Positions 23,770 to 33,739 of a stretch of DNA of 64,000 nt are shown here, piece by piece. The stretch covers positions 1,568,001 to 1,632,000 of the forward strand of contig CM000154.2 of assembly GCA_000004695.1 (NCBI GenBank). The letters are read 5' to 3'. Every line of letters starts with the position of its first letter. The stretch's first letter is position 1. This stretch comes from Dictyostelium discoideum (taxonomy: Eukaryota). The translations under genes and the position numbers were made by a program. The notes below the pieces were generated by a model. It was not told the origin of the DNA. It worked only from the letters and a program-made list of their open reading frames with translations, and did not search any database.

Positions 23770-24073
23770 CTCGATGGGATTCCTTTGAATCGGCGATTTG
23801 GTAAGTTAGATCTGTAGATCGTGGTGGATTGGTGATTTTTTTTGAAAGATTGGTTAAAATTGACCGAGATTAAGGATAGAAAAGGATGAATTACTTTTCA
23901 CGTGTATCTTGTATCCTCTTGATCGCGGTACGGGTTTTTTAAGATGGTATTGATCTATATCAAATAGTCTTCTGATTGTTTGTAATATGGTGAAATAATA
24001 AACAAAATTTGGTTACGCAGTTGTTTTAATAAGGAATCGATCATGTATACTTAGGTATGGTCCTATAAAATTT

Positions 24074-24146
24074 CGCCTAGACATGGGATCGAACCATGGA
24101 CCTAGCGGTTAACAGCCGCTCGCTCTGCCTACTGAGCCATCCAGGC
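24074..24146 (-). tRNA. tRNA-Asn (anticodon GTT), 73 nt
   Basis: The minus-strand sequence is GCCTGGATGGCTCAGTAGGCAGAGCGAGCGGCTGTTAACCGCTAGGTCCATGGTTCGATCCCATGTCTAGGCG. The 7-bp acceptor stem pairs (one G-U). The anticodon loop is CT-GTT-AA. The T-arm is CCATGG-TTCGATC-CCATG, which includes the B-box GGTTCGATCC. A T4 terminator follows directly 3'. Confidence 0.95.
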
Positions 24147-24197
24147 ATTTTTATATTTTTTTATAAATTTAGCTCCTTCTGATTTTTGATAAAGAAA

Positions 24198-24236
24198 TAA
24201 TAATAATAATAATAATAAAAAAATAAGAATAACAAG

Positions 24237-24278
<42 letters not shown>

Positions 24279-24333
24279 ATAAATAAACTCTCCTAGAACA
24301 CACTCAAATTGAGTGATGTTATTAAAAAAAAAA
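24198..24333 (+). mobile_element. 5'-truncated retroelement 3' end (or retrocopy) ending in oligo(A), flanked by the TSD
   Basis: ...ctataaataaactctcctagaacacactcaaattgagtgatgttatt followed by A10 and then the TSD. It sits at the TRE5 target position, in opposite orientation to the tRNA. Confidence 0.55.
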
Positions 24334-24348
24334 TTTTTGATAAAGAAA

Positions 24349-24440
24349 TGTATACGGCCATACTAGGTTGGAAACACATCATCCCGTTCGATCTGATAAT
24401 TAAATCGACCTCAGGCCTTCCAAGTCCAATTCAAAAAAAA
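24349..24440 (+). pseudogene. 5S rRNA retropseudogene fragment (5' ~75 nt of 5S rRNA) with oligo(A), flanked by the TSD
   Basis: tGTATACGGCCATACTAGGTTGGAAACACATCATCCCGTTCGATCTGATAATTAAATCGACCTCAGGCCTTCCAAGT carries the universal 5S features (GGCCATAC...CCCGTTCGATCTG...) and matches the Dictyostelium 5S 5' half as I remember it. It then breaks off (ccaattc) into A8 plus the TSD. Confidence 0.7.
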
Positions 24441-24461
24441 TTTTTGATAAAGAAAATTTAA

Positions 24462-24660
24462 TTTTTTTTTTTTTTTGATAAATTACCAAATAAGCTTTTT
24501 TTTTTTTCTTTCTTTATTTTAGCTCAAAGCAGATTTTTTATTTATAATGCCTTATCTATTTAAAAAAACATCTTTTATAAACCATCAAATAAGCTTTTTT
24601 ATATTCTTTTTTTATTTTAGCTCAAAGCCAATTTTTTATTTTGGTAATTTATTTCCATAA
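24462..24660. repeat. Two tandem copies of a ~95-100 bp unit (accaaataagctttttt...tttattttagctcaaagc(a/c)(g/a)atttttta)
   Basis: Direct comparison of 24470-24560 with 24578-24660. Possibly a retrotransposon 5'-UTR module. Confidence 0.6.
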
Positions 24661-24892
24661 TAATAAACATTGCACAAATTAGCTAGAATTTAAAAAAGAG
24701 AAAATTAAAAACTAACTCTTGAACGGACCAGAGAAATTTTAAATATCCAAATGAATTCCTTAAACAAATAAATAAATTAAGAAAATTTGTTTGAAAAGTT
24801 TATTGTATTCCAGAATAAGTGTTTCCAAGCATAGTATCCTTCGAGCAATTTAATAATTACAACTTATTATTGAATTTGTTTATTCAGAGGGT

Positions 24893-25020
24893 ATGTTGCC
24901 ATCATATAGAATAGTTCTGGATACTACTTCAATCACCATTACAAAGAGAGTAGGTGATAATGGATCTCCCTGTTTTACTCCTCTTTTTATAGTAAAGGGG
25001 GGTGTGGGTTTTCCATTGAT
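24893..25020 (-). pseudogene. Non-LTR retrotransposon reverse-transcriptase fragment
   Basis: The minus-strand translation PFTIKRGVKQGDPLSPTLFVMVIEVVSRTILYDGNIPSE* contains the LINE RT motif (compare L1 [23 protein letters not shown]). It is truncated on both sides. Confidence 0.65.
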
Positions 25021-25136
25021 TTTTATCCTGGTTTGAGTCTGTCAGTGGTTTCATAATTAGGTTTGTTAGGTTGGTGAGAACTTTGATATGTTGAAGCGTT
25101 CTAAGTATTGATTTGGAAAGAGTTATTTATCTCTGA

Positions 25137-25190
25137 TTTTTTTTTTTTTTTTAATATTATAAAATCAGTGTTTATCCATTAAAGGAAATA
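25137..25190. repeat. Left copy of ~45-bp inverted repeat: T16 TAATATTATAAAATCAGTGTTTATCCATT
   Basis: The reverse complement matches 29476-29525 (AATGGATAAACACTGATTAAACAATATTAA A15) at ~33 of 38 positions, plus the homopolymer tail. Confidence 0.7.
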
Positions 25191-25379
25191 AACATTAAAT
25201 AATAGTTTTATTTATGAATTTTAATTTAAAAAATAAAGTGGTTATTCTTTTTTAATTTGAGTTATCAAAGAGTTTTAATTTTAAAATGAAGTGTAGTTAA
25301 AATTGGTTTTGTGAATTGTTCGATTGGGGTTAGATATAATTTCAGTTATTTTTTTTATTTTTTTTTATTTTAGTTTATG

Positions 25380-25613
25380 ATAATGAAAAGAGAGAATGAA
25401 TGTATAGAAAATGGAGAAAAAAGAAATAATGTAAATTCATTTAATAGAATCATTAAGCTAACAGTAACTGATGGTATTGAATATAGTGAATTATTATTTT
25501 GGAAGATATTTAGAAATATAGTGACAATAAAATAATAATGTCAATTATTTCTTTTTTATTTCCAAGATATATTTTCGCAATTTTTTTATAATTTCTTTTT
25601 ATTTTTTAATTTT

Positions 25614-25650
<37 letters not shown>

Positions 25651-25790
25651 CATGTATTAATAATAATGACCAATCAGATTCAGCATCTCCTTCAATTACC
25701 ATTCAAGATATTGAAACATTTATAAAAATAACACCAAAAGAAAAATTAAAATCAACATTAGAAACCCAATAAATTCCAACTTTAATAATA
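25380..25790 (+). pseudogene. Partial upstream duplicate (pseudogene) of the 5' part of the 26285 gene
   Basis: 25375-25525 is ~95% identical to 26275-26425 (MKRENECIENGEKRNNVNSFNRIIKLTVTDGIEYSELLFWKIFRNIVTIK* versus the intact MKRENECKENGEKRNN...). 25660-25790 matches 27290-27415 (DQSDSASPSITIQDIETFIKITPKEKLKSTL). The copy is internally deleted and stop-containing. Confidence 0.8.
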
Positions 25791-25964
25791 ATTATCATTA
25801 TTAATAAGTTATAAAAAAAAAAAAAGGCGCTCTTTTGAATAATCAAAAAATGAAATGAATTATTATTATTATTATTATTATTAATAAGTTATAAAAAAAA
25901 ACAATGGGAGAGGGGTGATTTTTACTTTTTTTTGTTTATTTAATTATTTAATTATTTAATTATT

Positions 25965-26125
25965 TATCTATTAATTTGCATCCATATTAATTTCAGCAGT
26001 CATATTAATTTCAGCAGCCATATTAATTTGCAACCATATTAATTTCAGCAGGCTAAAATAAATATGACTATTAAGTTGCAGCCATATTAATTTCAGCAGC
26101 CATATTAATTTGTAACCATATTAAT
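25965..26125. repeat. Minisatellite: ~7 tandem units with core CATATTAATTT(CAGCAGC)
   Basis: catattaatttcagcagt catattaatttcagcagc catattaatttgcaac catattaatttcagcagg...catattaatttcagcagc catattaatttgtaac catattaatttt. It is GC-containing, unlike the surrounding DNA, and lies 150-320 bp upstream of the 26285 ATG. Confidence 0.85.
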
Positions 26126-26284
26126 TTTGGCATGGGACATTCAGTGCGAAAAAAAAAAATAAAAAAAAAAATAAAAAAATGAATAAAAAAATAAATAAAA
26201 AAATAAAAAAATAAAAAAATAAAATAAAAAATAGTATATTGCAACGTAATAAACTATTTTTTTTATTTATTTTAGTTTATAATA

Positions 26285-27059
26285 ATGAAAAGAGAGAATG
26301 AATGTAAAGAAAATGGGGAAAAAAGAAATAATGTAAATTCATTTAATAAAATCATTAAGCTAACAGTAACTGATGGTATTGAATATAGTGAATTATTATT
26401 TTGGAAGATATTTAGAAATATAGTGATCAATAAAATAATAATGTCATTCATGGATAAACGATTTACACCAAAATATAAAACAATTTCAGATGGAGCTGAA
26501 ATGATTCGAAATAATCAATTCAGTCTATTAAAAGATAAAATTAAAATAAATTGCAGATATTTACATTTTTATGACAAAAAAGGTTGTGAGATTGAAATTT
26601 TAAATAAATTATTCAAAACAATCATTAGCGATAATGAATTTTACAGAAAATTCTTTAGAAATCACCTTTTTGAATTTACTAATAGAAAAGTAATCATTTC
26701 ATTAATTACATCAAAGAATTTACAAGTATATCAAATATTTATAGAAGAGTTTAATCATATACCAACTGTTTATGATCTAAAAATAGCAATTTCAGTTGGT
26801 GCTAACAAATTCATTAGATATCTATTAGAACAATCACAACTAGAACAATCAAAATTTAAAATAAACATATCAAAAGATGATTTAGATAATTATAATTCAA
26901 TTGATACAATAGTTGCTCCAAATAAAGTTATTTCAAATTTAAGAAAAATTATTTTAAAAAATTCTTCTAAATTTTTTTTTCCATTTAAATTATTAAATTT
27001 AAAGAGAGATATGTTTAAAGGATTACTATGCTATTTTAATTGTTATCAAAGTTTAAGAG

Positions 27060-27155
<96 letters not shown>

Positions 27156-27770
27156 TTCAAGAACTAACGATTGATACTCTTTTGAGTATTCATTCGAATA
27201 GAGAAAATGAGTTGATAATAAAATCAACATCAACAATAAAATCACTAATTAGAGTTTGTATATTAATATTAAAATTAAAAGCAATGACGAAAACAAACGA
27301 CCAATCAGATTCAGCATCTCCTTCAATTACCATTCAAGATATTGAAACATTTATAAAAATAACACCAAAAGAAAAATTAAAATCAACATTAGGAAACCCA
27401 ATAAATTTCAACTTTAATAATAATGTCAAGTATGATGATGATGGTGATGATGAACAACGTTTTTCTAAATTAATAACATACCAAATTAAAGAATATAATA
27501 GTAATAGAAATAGAATACCACGGAAAGTATTCTATAAATCAAAAAGTGGTCAAATGGTTCAATTAATTTGTAAACATTGTGGAGATTCAAGCTTTACAAC
27601 ATTTTGTTCTTTTTTACTTCATTATCGATACGATCATTCTCGTATGGATTTTCCACAGTTTGAAGACGCCGAAGAAGTTAGTATTAATCCCGGTGGCGAG
27701 CTTGAAATATTATTATATACACCCGATTTAGACAGTAGTTTTTTCAAAAGATTTAATAAACAATCAGAAG

Positions 27771-27863
<93 letters not shown>

Positions 27864-29321
27864 GTTGTAGGTCTAATGATGATGATGATGAACATAAAAC
27901 CTTTATAAAGAAATTATTGGATGAATATTATTCAATATTTTGTAAAGATAGATCAGCCATTATATATTATTATTATTACGATGGATTTAATAATATCAAT
28001 TTAGAAAATAAAAGTTTATACAGTGTAGATTTAAAAGAATATTATGAATCATTTAGATTTGGAATTCCAACATTTGACTTGGTTGGTCATTTTCTTTATG
28101 ACCACCTTAATTTTATATCATTGATAGATATCATGAGATATCCAGATAAAAAGTCAATTTATATTTTATTCTCAAATTGTACAGATAGATTAAAAAAGAT
28201 TCAGTTTATAGATAAAACCATTCAATCAATAAAATCAAATGGTTTACGAAATGTTGAAAACCAATTAACGAATTTCTTTTATATGGTTGTCATGCACGAC
28301 GATTTAGAATTAATAAAGTATTTTTTCAAACAAATAAATGGTTATCAATTACATTTGGGTGGTGGGGGTGGAGATTTACATTACTTATATATGTTTAACC
28401 CAACAATTTATATTGGTTCGGTAGATGTTTTAAATTATTTATTTGAAAATCATAGAGAATATTTTATTGATGATAATTATAACTATTATTCCTATTTCAA
28501 GAATTTAAAATTATTAAAACACTTTGAAGCATTAACACTCAAAGTTCCATCAACATTAAGAATTTGTGAATACTTGGACCACTATACCAGAGGTGATAAT
28601 TTTCAAAATTATATATCACATATCATCAGAAACCGTTTGTATTTGAGTATTGATTTGATTGAATCAATTTTTTGTTTCTCTCCAAAGAATACATTATTCT
28701 CAACCAATTCTCTTCAATCTACAACTATTAATTTTAAAACATACAAACTATTAGCAAACATCTTTTTTTCACAAAAAAAACGCAGAACAATAAAAATTTG
28801 GCCATCACTTTACCAAAGATTTTTTAAACTTTTTAGATTGGATGTTTACAAATCATTTTAATAAAATGAAAAAAGGAGCAAGGTTTTTTAATTCGGATAA
28901 ACAGTTACAACTATTTCTTTTTCTAACTAACAGATTAAACATTGGTGACATTATTGATTTCGATGAACTTAGATTCATTGTTAATGATATTGAATTTTCA
29001 CCTAATATTCACCATTTGTTAGATTTGATGTTAAAAAATGTTAAAAATAATGAAATCTTTTTAAGGGTTCTAGAAATTGCTATTGTTAATTCAAGATTAC
29101 ATATTTTAGAATTTGTTAATGAAAACAGTGGCAACCTTTTAAAAGAAATAAAGAATCTTGGCGAACGATTTGATGTTTTTCTATATCGCGTATTTGAAGG
29201 TGATAATGTAAGGGTATCAGAATTTCTACTTCAATTTATCAACCAAGTAGATTCAGAAAAATTATTTGGTCCAAAATCATTATTATATATTTCAAATAAA
29301 TTAAAATCTTTAAATAAATAA
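26285..29321 (+). CDS. Orphan paralog-family protein (member A), apparently frameshifted: an 858-aa ORF plus a 159-aa ORF overlapping by 20 nt in different frames
   Basis: The N-terminus motif SELLFWKIFRNIV resembles EILFWKVYRNVY of the 1246-aa protein at 43473..47213. The C-terminal ORF (…RLHILEFVNENSGNLLKE…) resembles the C-terminus of that paralog (…RFKMLEILNENGFIKKD…). So the two ORFs are one gene broken at ~28842-28861 by a -1 frameshift or a sequencing error. It contains a C-x2-C...H-x4-H element (LICKHCGDSSFTTFCSFLLHYRYDH) and poly-N tracts. Confidence 0.55.
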
Positions 29322-29475
29322 ATAAATAAAAAAATTTAAAATAAAAATATTAACTGGGTTTAGAAAAAAAATAATTAAAAAATATATTATTAAGCAATTT
29401 CAAGTTGATCTGTGTAATCATTGATGCAGAATGGTCTGCAAAACTTTGGAACTTTTATCTTTGATCACTATCATT

Positions 29476-29525
29476 TAGTTTAAATGGATAAACACTGATT
29501 AAACAATATTAAAAAAAAAAAAAAA
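29476..29525. repeat. Right copy of the inverted repeat (a TIR candidate, or an inverted copy of a retroelement 3' stub)
   Basis: See the left copy. The similarity stops abruptly internal to CCATT on both sides. Confidence 0.7.
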
Positions 29526-30389
29526 TAACCATTCTCAAAAAAAAAAAAAAAAAGTGGTTAATTATTATTTTTTTTTTTTTTAATTTTGAAATTTTTTTAT
29601 TTGTTTTCAATATATTTTTTTTTTACTTCAAAACATAAAAATTCTCTTTAAAAATGGAAAGTAGTATTTCTAAAAAAAAAATTAAAGTTTTTGATGTAAG
29701 TAATCAGATTTTAAAAAAAAAAAAAAAAATATTAAGATTTCAAGATTCTAAGTGTAAAAAAAAAAAAAAAAAAAATAGTCTTATCATTTACATTCTAGAA
29801 CTGGTCAGAGATTTGTTTTTGCTACATTTTTTATTTTTATCTTTGATTATTTTAAAAAATAATCGAAATCATGTTTAAAAAAAAAAATCAAAAGTTAAAA
29901 AAAAAAAAATAAGAAAAAAAGGAAATAAAAGTAGTCCAAAATAAAAGAAATATTAAAAAAAAAAAAAAAAAAATAACAAATCAAATTTTAAACGAGATTT
30001 TTTAAATCATAAGGAAAATATTTTAAAATAAACATGATAGAATAAAAAACATATTTTTAAGACAGGGGATAGGTATCGAGCTACAATTATCTCTTTTATA
30101 TCTCTTTCACCCACTTTTTTTTTTTTTTTTTTTTGTTTTTTTTTTTATATTATTTTTTTTTTTTTTTTTTTTTTTTAATGAACCAGTTATTATAATATAC
30201 ACTTTTTATAAATAACTTTTATTAAAAAGAGTAATTTAATTATTTTTTAAATTTTATTTAATTTTTTTTTTTTTTTTGGATAAAATAAAAAAAAAAAAAT
30301 AAAAATTGACAATATAAAAAAGAATTTTTTTTTTTTTTACAATTATTTGTATTTAATAATAATTAAAATAAAAAAACAAAAAATTAGAA

Positions 30390-30713
30390 ATGGCAACAAT
30401 AAAAACAAATGAAACTGATAATAGATGGAATTTTTTAGATAACCAAATAAAAGAATATTTAAAAGAAAAACAAGAAAAAGTAAAACAAATTGGAAATTCA
30501 TGGGAATTTGTTGAACAAATTTATCCTCATTACAATAAAATTGATAATATTAATTATAAAAGAATCGATTTTATTAGAGATATTAAACCAATTTTTATGG
30601 TATGTAAATATTTTTTATTTTTTATTTTTTTTTTTTTTGATGTAAATATTAATATTTTTTATACTAAATTAAAGGAATTTTGCTATAAACATAAAATTAA
30701 TCCGGAAATATAA
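30390..30713 (+). CDS. Small hypothetical protein (~82 aa), two exons: join(30390..30599,30675..30713)
   Basis: The ORF MATIKTNETDNRWNFLDNQIKEYLKEKQEKVKQIGNSWEFVEQIYPHYNKIDNINYKRIDFIRDIKPIFM ends at GTATGT. After a 75-bp intron an AG acceptor gives, in phase 0, EFCYKHKINPEI*. Confidence 0.45.
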   Translation: MATIKTNETDNRWNFLDNQIKEYLKEKQEKVKQIGNSWEFVEQIYPHYNKIDNINYKRIDFIRDIKPIFMVCKYFLFFIFFFFDVNINIFYTKLKEFCYKHKINPEI

Positions 30714-31422
30714 TAATTTTCCTGAATTGAAATATAATAAAAAAAAAATAATAAAAAAAAAATAAACAAATATGACATCTTTTTTTTTTTTTTAAAAAAA
30801 AATCATTCTTTTTAATGAACTATTTGTTTCAATTAATATATGATATAGAACTATTAAATAATTCTCAAATCTAAGGTAATTTTTTTTTTTTTTTTATTTT
30901 TTTTTTTTATTTTTTTTTTAGTTTAAACAAAAATATCAATTTAATAGATCCTTTTCAAATAAAAAATAACATTGAGTATTAATTTTAATTTTAATTTTTT
31001 TTTTTTATTAAATTTTATTTTTTTTTTTTTTTTTTTTTTAGAACTATGATATGAAGTCTGGATATTTTTTTTTTTATATTTTTTTTTATTTTTTTTTTTT
31101 TTTTAAAACAATTTTTTTTTTAAAAATTAATTTTTTTAAAATACTAAAAAGGAAATTTTGTTTATTTATAGAAATTTTTAAGGAATCTAAAGTAAAAAAT
31201 CTTTTGTTGTTTTTTTTATTTTTTTATTTTTTTTTTTTTTTTATTTTTTTTTTTTGGAAATTGGTTTAAAAAAAAAAAATCCAAGTATTTTAAAATCATT
31301 AAAATAATTATCATTTTAATAAAAACCAACAAATAAATATTCTATAGAATAATTAATTAATAATTAAAATTAAAAAAAAAAAAAAAAAAATATTAAATAA
31401 TAATAAAAAAAAAAAAAAAAAA

Positions 31423-32265
31423 ATGTCAACAATGTATGCACGAGAATATGCTGGAAATCCAATTAAACCAGATGTTAATATCTTTCAAAATAAATCATTT
31501 AAACAAGGTGAAAAACCAAAAAAGTTGGATGAAGATTATTTCCTCTACTCGTTGAAATCTCTTTTCAAAGATAATTTGAATGAATATCCAGGTAAACAAT
31601 TAGACAGACCAAACAAACTCGATATTACCGCCGCCGATGATAGAGAATTGAATTTTCTTGAAGAGAAGAAATGGGATGAGAAAGAACTCCTTAAAGAACA
31701 ACGTGCTGAAACATTCAAGAATTTCACCTTCCCACCACATATGTCAATCCAAGAGAAATGCGTAGACCAATTGCAACAAGATTACGACGATTTCCATATG
31801 CTTTGCTTAAGAGATATGTTCCGTGATAAAGAATGTGATTTGGAAGGATTTAGTCGTACACCAGCTCAAGATAAAGATGAACTTAAAGAAATGAATCTTA
31901 CTCATGAATCATTACTAAAGGAGAAATCCAAACTTCCATTAAAGAAACAACAACAAAATAAATCCTCAAATAAAATCAATGGTAAATTAAATAAAAAGAA
32001 AATCTCACCAAATCAAAAGAGAACAATTATCCGTCAAACTAAAACTACAACAACAAGAATTTTTAAAAAACCAATCTCCTCAATGGAACCAATTACAAAA
32101 ACTGAAATAACCTCAAAAACTATTACTAGACCTGTAACTGAAATTCCTTCTAATGATCCAAAATCAAAACCAAAATTATCAACTCAAACAAGTTATTCTG
32201 TCGACCTTTCACACTTAAATAATAACTCTTGGGTTTGGGATAATGGTGAAACTAGAAAATTATAA
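31423..32265 (+). CDS. Hypothetical protein, 280 aa, charged/low-complexity
   Basis: Single [24 protein letters not shown]...[11 protein letters not shown] with typical codon usage. No family recognised. Confidence 0.5.
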
Positions 32266-32275
32266 AACTAAATAG

Positions 32276-32337
<62 letters not shown>

Positions 32338-32466
32338 TATATTGTTTGTTATTTTCTCAAATTCATTTAATCATTTTAATTAGTAAATAAATAAAAAATT
32401 TATATTGTAAATAAAAAAAAAAAAAAAAAAGATTTATATTTTAAAAATTAATTGTTTTTTATTTAT

Positions 32467-32764
32467 TTATTTATTTTTATTTGATAAAATTTTTTTAAAT
32501 TCTTTAATTGAAACCCATTCTTTAAGATAAATAAAAGTACAAGTTTGAATAAAACAAATTATACCAATTAATAAATGGATACATGTTGATTTAAAACTAA
32601 CAGCATTATATATATACTTATTTGATAAATTTGTAATTATAAATGATATTATAAATGATAATAATACCATTTTATTTGGTATCATATTTGATAATTTAAT
32701 ATCTTTAATATTTTTAAAAAATGATTTCATAAAATAAACACTATAAATAATTCTTAATAACATA

Positions 32765-32797
<33 letters not shown>

Positions 32798-33249
32798 AAA
32801 ATAAAATAAGTGTGTTAATATAAAATAATATTAATATTTAAAAATTATTTTTTAAAAAAAATAAAATCTTACTTAAACAATTTGCTAAAATAATACCAAT
32901 ATTTTGAAATAATTTACAAAATATTAAAGTGAATAATAAGTAAATGAAACCAATTATAATTAATACCCAATTAACAGTTTTTAATTGATCTTCTTTTGCA
33001 ACACTATGAACAAATGATTCAGAAACACCATTAATTGCTAAAAATCCAACATAAATACAATAGAAACCTAATAAAACACCAGCATTTGTATCTCTAAATT
33101 TATTATTATATAATAAATTTAATAATAAATGTGAAAAACCTGGTCCAAAACAAGTAAAAACTAATGAAACTAAAATTAAAAATTTCATAATTACAATTAA
33201 TACATTCGCACCATTTTTAAAATCATCATTATTATTATTATTTTCTTGA

Positions 33250-33308
<59 letters not shown>

Positions 33309-33708
33309 GATTGTTGGAAATAATTTTGGAAACATTAAAAAACAAGTTTCTTCAATTGGTAAAAATAAAAATCTAACAATTAATGAACCTAAATTTGATA
33401 CGATTGCAAAAATAGCTTGACCTTGATTTGTCTCTGAAAAGAATAAAACAAATTTTTCACCCTCTTGTAATAATAATTTATAAATTGATTGCCATGTATA
33501 AAGTAATGATAATTTAATTAAATTTCTATCAATTCTAGTTGAAAATTTTGGAAATAATTGATCAATTGATTTAAAACAATTTGAAAATTCTTTATTATCT
33601 TTATTTTTATTATTATTAATTATATTAATTAAAAAATATCCAAAATATCCAATTACTAATGTTAATGAATATAAAATTTGTGCATATCCAAATCCAATTA
33701 ATCCCATC

Positions 33709-33739
<31 letters not shown>

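Larger units (their letters stand above)
20930..24050 (-). mobile_element. TRE3-like tRNA-gene-targeted non-LTR (LINE) retrotransposon. It lies immediately downstream of tRNA-Asn in the same orientation and is interrupted by a 100-N assembly gap.
   Basis: ORF1 (22688..23769) and the C-terminal part of ORF2 (21056..22587, with a Cys-rich CPLCKEDMSKDPYGHLFFSCKKT motif) lie on the minus strand. The 5' UTR is GC-richer than the host and abuts the tRNA 3' flank. An A-tail candidate (poly-T on the plus strand) is at 20930-20952. The position and orientation relative to the tRNA match the known behaviour of Dictyostelium TRE3 elements. The boundaries are approximate. Confidence 0.7.
24183..24455. 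repeat. Three direct copies of a 15-bp target-site duplication TTTTTGATAAAGAAA (24183-24197, 24334-24348, 24441-24455), bracketing two retro-insertions
   Basis: Exact 15-mer repeated three times. The first copy lies 37-51 bp upstream of the tRNA-Asn 5' end, which is the characteristic TRE5 integration distance of ~48 bp. Confidence 0.85.

Noticed and set aside
33707-33707. Met-initiated ORF MGLIGFGYAQ… (32838-33707) as an independent gene
   Set aside because: It is the second exon of RFT1. The ATG is internal and directly preceded by an AG acceptor in phase with exon 1.
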